From positions 224,001 through 288,000 of IMG/VR virus record IMGVR_UViG_3300037067_008064: a stretch of DNA of 64,000 bases; one strand, given 5' to 3'. The stretch comes from a virus. Its lineage: Duplodnaviria; Heunggongvirae; Uroviricota; Caudoviricetes. The notes beneath the pieces were generated by a model that made no database searches, had not been told where the DNA came from, and saw only the letters and a program-made list of their open reading frames with translations. This document shows, one piece after another, positions 21,475-32,333 of this stretch. Both the position numbers and the translations under genes were made by a program. The first letter of the stretch is position 1; each line of letters opens with the position of its first letter.

Positions 21475-22434
21475 ATGCAAAGGGTTAACTACAAAACCTA
21501 CGAAGAAATATCCGGAATAAACTTTGTTGATACATTTGGTGAAATACCAAAGTCAATTATGAAATTCAAAAAATCAGATGAACTTATGAAACTAATTGAG
21601 TTCGATGATTTTGAATTTGGAAAAGTTACAAATGAAAAAACCAACAAACCATTATTTGGTTTTGAAGATGAGGTTTCACAAGAATTTAATAAAGCAAAAC
21701 CAAAGGGCGGAGGTTATGCAAAGAATCTTAGATATTCAATTTATAATCCAAACCAAGCTAAATTTATTATAGAGTATTACACAAGAGAAGGTGACTTAAT
21801 ATTAGACCCTTTCATGGGTCGTGCAACTAGACCAATGGTATCTATGTTTTTAAATAGAAGTTATATTGGTTTTGATACATGCGAACAAACTGTAAATAGT
21901 AATACAGAATTATTAAGAAGTAAATTTCCAAATAAACCACCAAATATAGATTGGAAATTATATCATGGTGATGGTATATATTTAAAAGAATTATTTGAAC
22001 TTCATCCCAATTCATTTTTTCATGGTGTTCCAATGTTTGACGCTGTATTTACATGTCCACCTTATTACGATATTGAAACATATTCAGGTGAAGAAGGTGA
22101 TTTAAGTTATTTAAGTCATGAAGAATTTAATAATAGAATTGATATTCTTTTTGGTAATCTTTATAAATTAATTAAACCAAGTTCATATGCAACTAAAGAA
22201 TTTCATCCTGTTATATTTACAGTTGGTTCATTTAGAAAAAGTAATGAAGGTCTTTTAGATATGGATTATGTGTTTCAACAATTAGCATATAAACATGGAT
22301 TTGTATTACATGATAAACTCTTTACAGAAAATATAACGCCGGGTGCTGGGTTTACATTTAGAAGAAATTATATTCATAAATTTGTTTGTAAAAATTATGA
22401 AACAACATTAGTATTTTTAAAATATAAAACATAG
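21475..22434 (+). CDS. Amino-type (N4-C/N6-A) DNA methyltransferase-like protein
   Basis: Motif I ILDPFMGRAT, motif IV FTCPPYY. Confidence 0.8.
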   Translation: MQRVNYKTYEEISGINFVDTFGEIPKSIMKFKKSDELMKLIEFDDFEFGKVTNEKTNKPLFGFEDEVSQEFNKAKPKGGGYAKNLRYSIYNPNQAKFIIEYYTREGDLILDPFMGRATRPMVSMFLNRSYIGFDTCEQTVNSNTELLRSKFPNKPPNIDWKLYHGDGIYLKELFELHPNSFFHGVPMFDAVFTCPPYYDIETYSGEEGDLSYLSHEEFNNRIDILFGNLYKLIKPSSYATKEFHPVIFTVGSFRKSNEGLLDMDYVFQQLAYKHGFVLHDKLFTENITPGAGFTFRRNYIHKFVCKNYETTLVFLKYKT

Positions 22435-22448
22435 AAAGGAAAGTAAAT

Positions 22449-22580
22449 ATGATTAAATGGTGGTGGCTAATAGTAGAATTTGTAGTACTCTTTTTTGGAT
22501 TCGTCTTTATTTTTGTTTCCCCGAAAGAATTTTTTAGTAAAGATTTTTGGGTATCAAGAAAAAATAGAAAACATGAGTAA
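22449..22580 (+). CDS. Small membrane protein (43 aa), not in ORF track
   Basis: MIKWWWLIVEFVVLFFGFVFIFVSPKEFF...; overlaps the next ATG at 22573. Confidence 0.55.
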   Translation: MIKWWWLIVEFVVLFFGFVFIFVSPKEFFSKDFWVSRKNRKHE

Positions 22581-23814
22581 GACAATAATAGATGACGATG
22601 TTTTTTATGAATTACAGAGAATGTGTATTAAAAGAAACATTAGTGTAGATAAAGTAATTACAGATTTAATAAAAACTTTTATAATGAAAAACTTAAATTA
22701 TGATCCTAATTTTGTAGAAGGACTTAATATATTAAAAAAATATGAACCTAATCCAAGAATTAATAATATGGGTGATGGTGAATTTTATGTTGGTGATATG
22801 AATATTTGGGAATACACCATCACTAAAAAAGATTTAAATGAATTAGAAAAACTCGGTTTTAGATGGTATGATGAAGCCGAATGTTTATTGTTTGAAACAC
22901 ATAAATAAATATAATATGAAAACAATTATAAATAAATTAAAAATAGGTGATAAATATATAATCCCATGCGGAACAAAATTGTGGTTTATTGATTTACAAC
23001 AATCATTGATAACAACAAAAAAATATGTAATTGAAGTTACACATACAGTGTCAATAAATGATACATCATTTTTTGGTGATTTATATGAAATAACATTTGA
23101 AGGAATGGAGATTCCAGGATTACGAAAAATACTTCATGGTGAAACAGAAAGTGATTTATCAATTGTAGAACCACTTGGTGATATATTAAAACCAAACCTA
23201 TTAACATATAATTACGATAAATTAAAAACATATGATGCAAACAATTAAAATATCGTTGCTTAAAAAAGAATCTGAAATTAATGAGGAAACAAGTAAAGCT
23301 GAGTACATAAAACTTCTTACATCAACAATAGATTGTACTAAGATTAAATCAGCTCAATTGCAAGAAATCCCAGTATTATGTCAAGAAATCTTCGATGAAA
23401 TGCAAACATATGAATTACAATATGTGCCAACACATGTAGGTGTATGGATAGAATATACTAATGGAAACAAAATAGAAAATGCAATAGAATTAAGTGTATT
23501 AAATTCTATTGAAAAATATGGAGATCAAATTAAAAAACCATTTGCTGAATTTTTTAATTGGACAATTGAAAACCCAAAAAATAATTAAATATATGACAAT
23601 TTATATTAGTGGAAATTTAAAATTTAATTTTACAGAAGAAGATATACTTGAAGAAAATTGGTACCCAGCTTCTAATGAAGAAAGACTTGAATTTATAAAA
23701 GGAAAAATTAATCAATATATTATAGAAAATATAGATGATATATTAGATGATAAAAATCAAAGTGAAATAGTTTATAGTTGGTCTGGAACTTGTGGAATAA
23801 GTGTGAAAGCTTAA
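22573..23814 (+). other. Cluster of four short hypothetical genes (22573-22908, ~22916-23248, 23232-23588, ~23593-23814)
   Basis: ORF track; starts adjusted to avoid long overlaps; no recognisable motifs. Confidence 0.55.
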
Positions 23815-23834
23815 TATGGAATATTTTAAATAAA

Positions 23835-23876
23835 ACATTAGCGTACCGCCGTGTGAATTTAATTTTAAATATATAA
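23835..23876 (+). promoter_or_regulatory. Box plus promoter ACATTAGCRTACCG-N18-AAATATATAA, copy 1
   Basis: Second copy with identical spacing at 55841-55882 (-), also before an endonuclease gene. Confidence 0.65.
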
Positions 23877-23883
23877 TATAAAA

Positions 23884-24615
23884 ATGCAAAATTATTATAC
23901 TTATAAATTATATTTGCCAGAAACTAAAGAATATTATTTTGGGTCAAGAGTTTCTTTAATAATCCCATTCGAAGATAATAAATATTTAGGTTCAATGTGT
24001 ATATGGAAACCAGATAAATCAAAATTACAAAAAGAAATTTTAGGAATCTGGAATTCAAAAGAAGAAGCAATATTAGAAGAAGCAAAATTAATTAAAGAAC
24101 ATATTAAAGACCCTTTAAATAAAAATTATCATATACCAAATTTAACTTTTAATTTATACACAAGGACTTCAAAAAAATATTGTGTTGAAACTTATGGAGA
24201 AGAAAAAGGATTAGAAAGATATAATAATATATGTAAAAAAAGAACTAAAACTAGAATTAAAAAAGATAATTATAAATGTTCTAATGAAACTAAAATTAAA
24301 ATTAGTAATTCTTTAAAAGGTAATAAACCACATAATACAGGTAAACAATTATCTGAAGAATGGAAAAATTCTATAAGTAAAACATGGCATTCAGATAAAA
24401 GAATGAAAGTAATGAGTTCAAAAGAATATAAAAATAAAATGAGTAAATCATTGTCTGGTGAAAAAAATCCCATGTATAAAAAATCTATATATGATGTTTG
24501 GTTAAAAAAATACGGTAAAGAAGAAGCTAATAAAAGATATACAATTTGGATAAATAATAAAAAAGGGCAAATTCCTTGGAATAAAAATATTAATAAAACT
24601 AAAATTAATGAATAA
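23884..24615 (+). CDS. Seg-like GIY-YIG homing endonuclease
   Basis: YYTYK...YYFGSR, YLGS, NPMYKK, YGEEK/YGKEE modules, PWNK. Confidence 0.75.
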   Translation: MQNYYTYKLYLPETKEYYFGSRVSLIIPFEDNKYLGSMCIWKPDKSKLQKEILGIWNSKEEAILEEAKLIKEHIKDPLNKNYHIPNLTFNLYTRTSKKYCVETYGEEKGLERYNNICKKRTKTRIKKDNYKCSNETKIKISNSLKGNKPHNTGKQLSEEWKNSISKTWHSDKRMKVMSSKEYKNKMSKSLSGEKNPMYKKSIYDVWLKKYGKEEANKRYTIWINNKKGQIPWNKNINKTKINE

Positions 24616-25816
24616 TATTAAATGGGGTTCAATAATACCATTAATTGGTGGATTTCATATTGCTTCAAATAATGTAATTCAAACCGAAGCCGAAATTATT
24701 TTTTCTTATAAACCATTTGAATTTAATGATTCTTTATTATTAAGATATTTAAAACAAAAACCCATTAAAACTCCATACTATTTTATTGAAGATATAAATA
24801 AAAATATAATAAATAAATATTCTAATAAAATAAATATTATATGCGGTGTTCCACCTTGTAGTGGAATTTCGAATGCTGCTAATAGAAAGACTGGAACTCG
24901 TGGAACTGCTGCACCTAATGATTGGATGTACAAATCTGCCAATTTTATATTAGAACATATAATGCCAGATGTATATGTTTTTGAGAATGCCCCGGGTTTA
25001 TATACTAATGCTGGTGAATTAGTTAGAGAAAATTTAATTAATATATCAGCCAAATTTAATTATGGAATAACATTTTACAGAACCAACACAATATTACATG
25101 GAGTGCCACAACACCGCCCACGCACATATGTAATAATGATTAAGAATAAACAAGCACCAATTTTAAATTATTATAATATTAAAGCACCAACATTAACAGA
25201 ATATTTAAAGCAAATACCAAAAACAGCATCTTTACAAAATGAATATTTTAGTGATGAACCTTTTATAGATAAATATGAAATTACACAATTCTTTAAAAAT
25301 GAGTTAGGTGATGACTGGAGAAAGATAATTTTAGATTATAAAGAACATATATGTGTTTATAATTTTATTTCTGAGATGGGTCTTATTAATAAATTTAAGA
25401 ATTATTTAAATGATAACAATGGTAGTGAAGAAGTAAAAAAAGATATTGAACATGTTATTAAAAAAACTTCTGATAATAAAAATTTTAGATTATCAAAGAA
25501 AAACTTTTGCATTGATAAAGATATTGTGTATGCAATAATTGGAGAATCAATGGTTAGAAATATTCATCAACAAGAAAATAGATTATTAAATATTAGAGAA
25601 AACATGTGGCTTATGGGATTACCTCATGACTTTGAACTTTATAATAAAAAGGAATTTGCAAAAATCCCGCAGAATGTACCGGTAGCTACATCACAAGATA
25701 TTATAAAAGAATGTATAGAAATAATTAATGGAAATAGAGAATTTTCAAAAGATAATGTATTAATGCAAAATAATATTAAACATAATGAAGAAGAATTAAA
25801 TATTAAATTATTTTAA
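24608..25816 (+). CDS. C5-cytosine methyltransferase-like protein with atypical motif I
   Basis: PPCSG (IV), FENAPG (VI), GVPQHRPRTY (VIII), RENMWLMGLP (IX); motif I reads IIPLIGG rather than FxGxGG. Confidence 0.8.
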   Translation: MNNIKWGSIIPLIGGFHIASNNVIQTEAEIIFSYKPFEFNDSLLLRYLKQKPIKTPYYFIEDINKNIINKYSNKINIICGVPPCSGISNAANRKTGTRGTAAPNDWMYKSANFILEHIMPDVYVFENAPGLYTNAGELVRENLINISAKFNYGITFYRTNTILHGVPQHRPRTYVIMIKNKQAPILNYYNIKAPTLTEYLKQIPKTASLQNEYFSDEPFIDKYEITQFFKNELGDDWRKIILDYKEHICVYNFISEMGLINKFKNYLNDNNGSEEVKKDIEHVIKKTSDNKNFRLSKKNFCIDKDIVYAIIGESMVRNIHQQENRLLNIRENMWLMGLPHDFELYNKKEFAKIPQNVPVATSQDIIKECIEIINGNREFSKDNVLMQNNIKHNEEELNIKLF

Positions 25817-25844
25817 AACCAAGAAAATCAACTAACATATAATT
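25816..25844 (+). promoter_or_regulatory. Class 2 promoter-like motif AAACY-N15-CRTATAA
   Basis: Same spacing at 25816, 29081 and 61520. Confidence 0.55.
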
Positions 25845-25859
25845 AAAAAATAAAATATT

Positions 25860-26565
25860 ATGGAAATAAAACATTTAGAAACAAAAGACATAGAATTTTT
25901 ATCTGATATTACAATTGATGAAGAAATAGTTTATTATTCATCCCCATTACAAACATATTTAGATGCAACCCACACTCAATATTCTTTTTGGCAGCATAAA
26001 GAACCGGGTAATAGACAATTTCTTTTTACATTAGATAAGAATATGTTTAATAAAATTTTTAAAATAAATGAAAAATAAAATAGCATGGAAGAACTAAAAT
26101 TAAAAGATTGTTTTTGTATAAAAGATTATATTCGTGAACACTTTGGAAAATTATTTGAAAAAAATCAAAGTTATAAATATGAAGTAATTAATGAAGATTC
26201 TCATTATTATTATATAGTATATGATAATAATTCTGAACTTTCTAAGTGTGTTTACAATAAAAATAAATTTAATGAATATTTTAAAATAATTGCATAATAT
26301 GAAACACCAAAAATTATACCTCGCAATGTATGTTAACGTGGGGAATTTACCAGTTAAAGAAATTAATGAAAGAATGAAAGCTATGGCTGAACATTTTAAA
26401 TCACCGACAGATGAATATATTATGTTCATTATACCAGTAAGAGACCAAGCTTCTAAAATAGAGTGTCTTAACCCAGCTAAAGTTTCTAACGATGAATATA
26501 AATTAATAGAAACTAAGATGGAAGAATTTAATAAAAAATTAAATGACTTTTTAAATACAAAATAA
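25860..26565 (+). other. Three short hypothetical genes (25860-26078, 26085-26297, ~26299-26565)
   Basis: ORF track. Confidence 0.55.
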
Positions 26566-26621
26566 TGTTGTCACTTTGGTAAACATGTCATAATTTTTAT
26601 GAATATATAAATAAAACAATT

Positions 26622-27326
26622 ATGATATCAGGAGTTATTTATTGTGCTACATCTCCTTCTAATAAAAAATATTATGGATATAGTTTAAATTTTAAAGGTC
26701 GAAAAGCTGGTCATATTAAAGATGCTAAAAATGGAAAATCTAATTATTTTTATAAAGCAATTAGAAAATATGGTGCTGAAAATTTTGATTGGAAAATTAT
26801 TGAAGAGTATAATAAAGAAAATAAATTAGAACTTAAAAAAATTTTATGTGAACGAGAAATTTATTGGATAGGAATTGATAAAACATATATATCAAAATTT
26901 GGTTATAATATGACTAAGGGTGGTGATGGAAGAGTTGGTATTCCACATACAAAAGAAACAAAAGAAAAAATAAGTAAATCTACTAAAGGAAGAATTCATT
27001 CACAAGAAACTAAATTAAAAATGAGTGAATCAGCTAAAGGAAAAATAATATCTGATGAACAACGTAAAAGTATTAGTAAAACTTTAACAGGATTAAAACA
27101 ATCACAAGAAACTATTGAAAAAAGAAGAATAAAATTAAAAGGAATTTATCATTATTGGAATGTCGGAAAATCACCACCAAATAAAGGTGTTCCTATGTCA
27201 GATGAAACTAAAAGAAAAATTTCAGAAAAATGCAAAGGTTTTAAACATCCTAAAGATGAAAATTATAGAAAAAAAATAAGTGAAGGACTAAAAAAATATC
27301 ATCAAAATAAAAATAAAAATGAATAA
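26622..27326 (+). CDS. GIY-YIG homing endonuclease with NUMOD3 repeats
   Basis: GVIYC...KYYG, AIRKYG, GYNMTKGGDG, HTKETKEKIS. Confidence 0.88.
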   Translation: MISGVIYCATSPSNKKYYGYSLNFKGRKAGHIKDAKNGKSNYFYKAIRKYGAENFDWKIIEEYNKENKLELKKILCEREIYWIGIDKTYISKFGYNMTKGGDGRVGIPHTKETKEKISKSTKGRIHSQETKLKMSESAKGKIISDEQRKSISKTLTGLKQSQETIEKRRIKLKGIYHYWNVGKSPPNKGVPMSDETKRKISEKCKGFKHPKDENYRKKISEGLKKYHQNKNKNE

Positions 27327-27912
27327 AGTAATAATTATATGTGGGTCTGATCAATTAGGGAAAGGGACATTAATAAAAGGTATTTGTGAATATTATAAAT
27401 ATCACAATGTAACAATAAGACATTGTGATAAACCACCAAAAAATCTTTCAAATAAAGAAACTATTGATTTTCAATGGAATTGTTTTAATGAAGAAGCTAA
27501 ATTAATATCTTATATATTTTCAAATGATACCTTAAAATCTTATCATGATAATATTATCATTTTTGATAGATTTTATTTGGGGGAATTTGTTTACTCTACA
27601 ATGTTTCGTGGTGGCAATAAAGATTTTTTAGCAAATCAAGTAAAATTATTTGAGGATTATAAATTTAAAAAAATAGATATTCATTTAATTTTATTAACTG
27701 GCAATCCAGCGTTTTGTTTAAAACAAGAAGATGGTAATTCATTTTCTCAAAATATGGAAAATAAAATAAAAGAAATAGAACTTTTTGATGAAGTTTTTAA
27801 TGTTACAACTATTAAAAACAAATTAAAATTATGGGTACACCCAATAGATAATCTTGAATTTATTGATAAAGAAATACTTTTAAATACAGTAATTAAATTT
27901 ATAGAACAATGA
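27319..27912 (+). CDS. dNMP (thymidylate-type) kinase
   Basis: P-loop GSDQLGKGT; IIFDRFYLGEFVYS. Confidence 0.75.
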   Translation: MNKVIIICGSDQLGKGTLIKGICEYYKYHNVTIRHCDKPPKNLSNKETIDFQWNCFNEEAKLISYIFSNDTLKSYHDNIIIFDRFYLGEFVYSTMFRGGNKDFLANQVKLFEDYKFKKIDIHLILLTGNPAFCLKQEDGNSFSQNMENKIKEIELFDEVFNVTTIKNKLKLWVHPIDNLEFIDKEILLNTVIKFIEQ

Positions 27913-28214
27913 AACAAAAAGAAAAACGTATTAAAATTGAATTTAATAATGGAGAAATCTATTATTTAGATGCAACAATTGTAGCCAAAGAAAGAGTAGA
28001 TTATTATACCGAAGTATATGGTTATAAAAAAGATTCTCCTGAATGGACAGAAGAATATGAATATTTATTAAACAATGATAATGAACTCTTAGATTGGATA
28101 GAAAACAATATGGATTGGAGTGATATTAAAAATCAAGTTTATAAATTAGGAGATCAAATTCCTTATAATTATGATGATGAATTTTGCAATGCTGAATTAG
28201 ATATAATAGAATGA
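27909..28214 (+). CDS. Hypothetical acidic protein
   Basis: ORF track; ATGA overlaps on both sides. Confidence 0.6.
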   Translation: MKQKEKRIKIEFNNGEIYYLDATIVAKERVDYYTEVYGYKKDSPEWTEEYEYLLNNDNELLDWIENNMDWSDIKNQVYKLGDQIPYNYDDEFCNAELDIIE

Positions 28215-29095
28215 GAATTTATAGAGATAAATACATAGCACATGCATTTAATAAAGTATTATTTGATTTATATTATAAACCAGATTATACAGTTGAACCA
28301 AGAGGAATGAAGGTAAAAGAAATACTTAATTGTTCTTTGGTTGTTGAAGACCCTATGGTTAATATGTATACAAATACTTATAGATCAGCACCTTTAAAAT
28401 ATATTGCTGCCGAAATTTTATGGTATTTAAGTGGTTCAAATTACCCGGATTTTATAGAAAAATACGCATCAATGTGGTCATCATTAACTAATTTAGACGG
28501 TACAGTTAATTCAGCTTATGGAAATTTAATATTTTACAATAAAAATATACACGGTGTCTCTCAATATCAATGGGTTATTGAATCTTTAAAAAGAGATAAA
28601 GATTCAAGACAAGCGTTTATGCATTTTAATCTTCCTTCACATCAATATTTTGATAATAAAGATCAAGTATGCACATTACAAGCAGTGTTTCATATAAGAA
28701 ATAATAAATTAAATATGACACTCACCATGAGGTCAAATGATGTAATTCGTGGATTTCACACAGATTTTGTTTTTTTTAGCATATTACAATATCATGTTTA
28801 TCTTCATATGAAACAATATTATCCAGAATTAGAAATGGGCTCTTATACTCATATATCTCATTCAATGCATTTATATGAAAAACATTTTGATTTAGTAAAA
28901 AATATGCTAAATGCAGATTTTGACCCAGATAAATTACCATTAATAGATCAATTCTTAATACAAGAAAATGGTAATTATTTAGAAAAATATAATAATGTAT
29001 TTGCTCCTATAGCCGGTCAAGGTGAATGCATTTATCCTAATACGGATAGTACTTTTTTAAACTATCTTATAGAACATATAAAACCAAAAGAATAA
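28211..29095 (+). CDS. Thymidylate synthase-superfamily enzyme, dCMP hydroxymethylase-like
   Basis: SAYG, DSRQA, catalytic DQVCT, MRSNDVIRGFHTD with Asp at the dUMP/dCMP specificity position, SMHLY. Confidence 0.85.
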   Translation: MRIYRDKYIAHAFNKVLFDLYYKPDYTVEPRGMKVKEILNCSLVVEDPMVNMYTNTYRSAPLKYIAAEILWYLSGSNYPDFIEKYASMWSSLTNLDGTVNSAYGNLIFYNKNIHGVSQYQWVIESLKRDKDSRQAFMHFNLPSHQYFDNKDQVCTLQAVFHIRNNKLNMTLTMRSNDVIRGFHTDFVFFSILQYHVYLHMKQYYPELEMGSYTHISHSMHLYEKHFDLVKNMLNADFDPDKLPLIDQFLIQENGNYLEKYNNVFAPIAGQGECIYPNTDSTFLNYLIEHIKPKE

Positions 29096-29126
29096 ATTAA
29101 CATATAATTAAAAAAAATAAAATATC

Positions 29127-29801
29127 ATGAAAGAAAATTTAACAGAAATAATTATTGATTTAGATCGTAGTGGTTCTATGGAAGAAGTTAAAAGTGATAC
29201 AATTGGTTCTTATAATCAATTTGTTGATACTCAAAAGCAATTACCGGGAGAAGCAAAATTATCTTTAGTACAATTTGATGATCAATATGAAATTGTATAT
29301 GAAGGTTTAAATATTCAAGATGTTCCTAAGTTAACAGAAAAAACTTTTATTCCAAGAGGTATGACTGCATTAACAGATTCTATTGGTAAAACTATTAAAA
29401 CTGTGGGTGAAAGATTAGCTAATACACCAGAAGAAGAAAGACCGGAAAAAGTTATATTTGTTGTGTTAACGGATGGGCATGAAAATAATTCAAAAGAATA
29501 TACAACTCAACAAGTTGCTGAATTGATTAAACATCAGCAAGAAAAATATTCTTGGGAATTTGTATTCTTAGGGGCAGATCAAAATGCTTGGGATGCTGCA
29601 CACGCATATAGTATTAATACAGCATATTCCTTTGGTAAAGCTCAAATGGGAAACACCATTAGTAAAATGAACTTATATACTGCAAATTATCGTTCAAAAG
29701 GTTCAGTTAATATGGATGAATCTTTTAATAAAAGTGATGAAGAAGTTGCAGAAGATTTAAAAAATATAACAAACGACCCTAATAACACTAATCAATCTTA
29801 A
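29127..29801 (+). CDS. von Willebrand factor A domain protein
   Basis: MIDAS LDRSGSM, PRGMTAL, LTDGHEN, FVFLGA. Confidence 0.9.
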   Translation: MKENLTEIIIDLDRSGSMEEVKSDTIGSYNQFVDTQKQLPGEAKLSLVQFDDQYEIVYEGLNIQDVPKLTEKTFIPRGMTALTDSIGKTIKTVGERLANTPEEERPEKVIFVVLTDGHENNSKEYTTQQVAELIKHQQEKYSWEFVFLGADQNAWDAAHAYSINTAYSFGKAQMGNTISKMNLYTANYRSKGSVNMDESFNKSDEEVAEDLKNITNDPNNTNQS

Positions 29802-29805
29802 ACAT

Positions 29806-30688
29806 ATGGGAATTAATTTATTAGATTGGACACATAAGAATGTTCAAATATTAGATATAAGAAAAATAAATAAGTTATATGTATTAAAAATTAAAGATGT
29901 TGATGAATCTTTATTTGTACATGATGAAATATTTGAACAAAGAATTAAATCTTTTTTTCTTAAAGATACAATGTCTCAAATACCAAGAGAAGATATATTA
30001 AAACAAAATTGGAATTTTTATATCACAAAAGGATATTATATAAAGGTTGATCAGTATGGGCATCCTACTAAGTATGACCAAGATTATAATAAATCTTATA
30101 TATCTTACTTAGATATTGCGGGGCCTTTAAGTACATTTTCATCTGTTTATCAAAAAGAAAAACCAATATCAACACAATTAAATAGTTAAACATGGAACAA
30201 AATTTAAACACTTTAATGAGTAACCAAATGAGAGTTACTAAAAAAATGATATTAGATTCACCAACATTTAAATGCGAATGTGGTGGAATGATATTTCAAG
30301 AAGGAATATTTTTTAAAAAAATATCTCCATTAATTTCACCAACAGCTAAAGAAGAAATAGTTCCCATCAATTTAGTATTTTGTACTAAATGTGGTTTGGT
30401 ACCAAGGGAATTAGATAAAGAAAATGAATTACCAGAAGAATTAAAAACAAAAAAACCAATAATACAATAAATAAAATGATTGAAAAACAGTATTACACCG
30501 TAACAATGAAGTTCCCTTTTGAAGTTGAAGATAAAAAAGGAAACAGTAAAACTAAATACAGAAAAGAAAAATATTTAGTTGAAGCAGTTAATCCAACAGA
30601 CGTTGATGCAAAAATTGCAAAATATGTTGGAGCAGAGGATTATGAAATTGTAACAATAACTCAAGCCAACATTATTGATATAATTTAA
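29806..30688 (+). other. Three short genes (29806-30189; 30192-30470 Zn-ribbon; 30476-30688)
   Basis: ORF track; CECGG...CTKCG in the middle gene. Confidence 0.6.
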
Positions 30689-30761
30689 TAAGTAAATAAA
30701 ACATCCATATTTTTTTATTGATAAATATAATATAGAATATATTTAAAATAAGAAAATATGG

Positions 30762-31286
30762 ATGAAAAATTTACATAAATATGATATTAAAAAATTTAAC
30801 TTTGTTGAAATTTTTAATAATGCAAATGGAAAAAGCAGTGGTTCTGGATTTATTGGAGTAATTGGTTCTTTATTTTGTATGTTAGTTATTATAACATTAT
30901 TAGTTATAATTATAATAACACTTTATAGTAATTCTCCACATGTACCAATAGTTATTCAAATTCTGCAATCAATCTTATTATATACATTTGCTTTAGCAGG
31001 TTTATATGCAGGTTTATTAGGATTAAGAAAATGGAGAAGTACTGTAACAAAAGATAAAGCTACAATAGGAGACGATGATAATGACTACGATGATAGATAC
31101 GGTGGAGGCTATGGAGGCTATGGAGGATACGGTGGAGGCTATGGAGGCTATGGAGGATACGGTGGAGGCTATGGAGGATACGATGGTGGATATGGTAATT
31201 ACGGAGGCGGGCAAGGTAGACCTTATAATGAACAACAAGGACATAATGAACATGGAAGAGAGTCTTCTGATAATTTAGAAATATAA
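30762..31286 (+). CDS. Two-TM membrane protein with GGY-repeat tail (holin-like topology)
   Basis: Two hydrophobic segments, then acidic DDDNDYDD and (GGY)n. Confidence 0.65.
   Translation: MKNLHKYDIKKFNFVEIFNNANGKSSGSGFIGVIGSLFCMLVIITLLVIIIITLYSNSPHVPIVIQILQSILLYTFALAGLYAGLLGLRKWRSTVTKDKATIGDDDNDYDDRYGGGYGGYGGYGGGYGGYGGYGGGYGGYDGGYGNYGGGQGRPYNEQQGHNEHGRESSDNLEI
31098..31178 (+). repeat. 30-bp coding tandem repeat (TACGGTGGAGGCTATGGAGGCTATGGAGGA) x2.7
   Basis: Visible directly. Confidence 0.9.
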
Positions 31287-31291
31287 ATAGT

Positions 31292-31621
31292 ATGCCTTTT
31301 AATTATGATTTTTCAAAACTTGAAAGTATTAAAGAAATTAAAGTATCGCCAAGTGGTTGGGTTAATCCTATTATTATAGAATATGGAATTGGTATTTGGT
31401 CTGATTTACAGTCTTTTTATTGGAGGGTAAAAGGAACAACCCATACGTTTACAATACCCGTGGTAAGAATGAATTATATAAGTAAGGGAAATTATGAATT
31501 ACATTTTCAAGAAGTTTTGGAAGCATTCAGAGAAGATTACATTGGATGGTCTGAAGAAAACTTCTACTGTGAATGGATGCAACAATATAGAGATAATTAC
31601 TCCAAATATATCATCCAATAA
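31292..31621 (+). CDS. Hypothetical protein
   Basis: ORF track. Confidence 0.6.
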   Translation: MPFNYDFSKLESIKEIKVSPSGWVNPIIIEYGIGIWSDLQSFYWRVKGTTHTFTIPVVRMNYISKGNYELHFQEVLEAFREDYIGWSEENFYCEWMQQYRDNYSKYIIQ

Positions 31622-31670
31622 AATTCCTTTAATCAAAAAAGAAATTGAAACAATAAATATTAAAACAAAT

Positions 31671-32330
31671 ATGAATAATGAAACAAAATATTTTCAATGG
31701 TTAACTGGAGACAGAAAAGGTGATATTGTTTTCTTTGATAAAATAATTGAAGAAGATAATAATACTTATATGACATTTAAAGATGGTTCTAGATGCAATG
31801 TTGAATTTATTGTTCCTTTAAATGAAAAGGAAGTTACAGGAAAAGCAATGGCGGAAATTGAACACCCAACAAATTGTTGGACTTTTGAAGAAAAAGAAGT
31901 GGGTGGCCAAGAAGAAAAATGGGCTGAAAATCAAATGGGAGAAACCGTATGTGTTCAACCTTATCGTCCAGGGAAAAAAACAATGGTTCCAATTCCGCCA
32001 AGACCAACAATGAAAAGTTTTAAAACAATTAATGTCCAACCAGTTCAAATACAACAAAGTCAACCAATAGAACAAATACAACCAAGTCAACCTAAAGATG
32101 AGGTTTGGACTCTACTTGATAAAGCTAAAAAAACAGATACTGAAGTTAAATTTATTATTTCTTTACCATTACCAAGTAAAGCTTTTTATAATGTTATAGA
32201 AGAATCTTTTGAAAATGGTGGTAAAAAACTAGCAGAATATATAATAGAAAATATGGATATTAAAATTTTAAAAACATTTATAAAAAGTGAAATTTTAAAT
32301 ATGTATAGTAATAAGGAATCAGCCAATTAA
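31671..32330 (+). CDS. Hypothetical protein
   Basis: ORF track 31494..32330; likely start MNNETKYF at 31671. Confidence 0.6.
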   Translation: MNNETKYFQWLTGDRKGDIVFFDKIIEEDNNTYMTFKDGSRCNVEFIVPLNEKEVTGKAMAEIEHPTNCWTFEEKEVGGQEEKWAENQMGETVCVQPYRPGKKTMVPIPPRPTMKSFKTINVQPVQIQQSQPIEQIQPSQPKDEVWTLLDKAKKTDTEVKFIISLPLPSKAFYNVIEESFENGGKKLAEYIIENMDIKILKTFIKSEILNMYSNKESAN

Positions 32331-32333
32331 AAA

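Noticed and set aside
31023-31278. Alternative-frame ORFs (EAMEDTV and SSIAST repeats)
   Set aside because: By-products of the GGY tandem repeat
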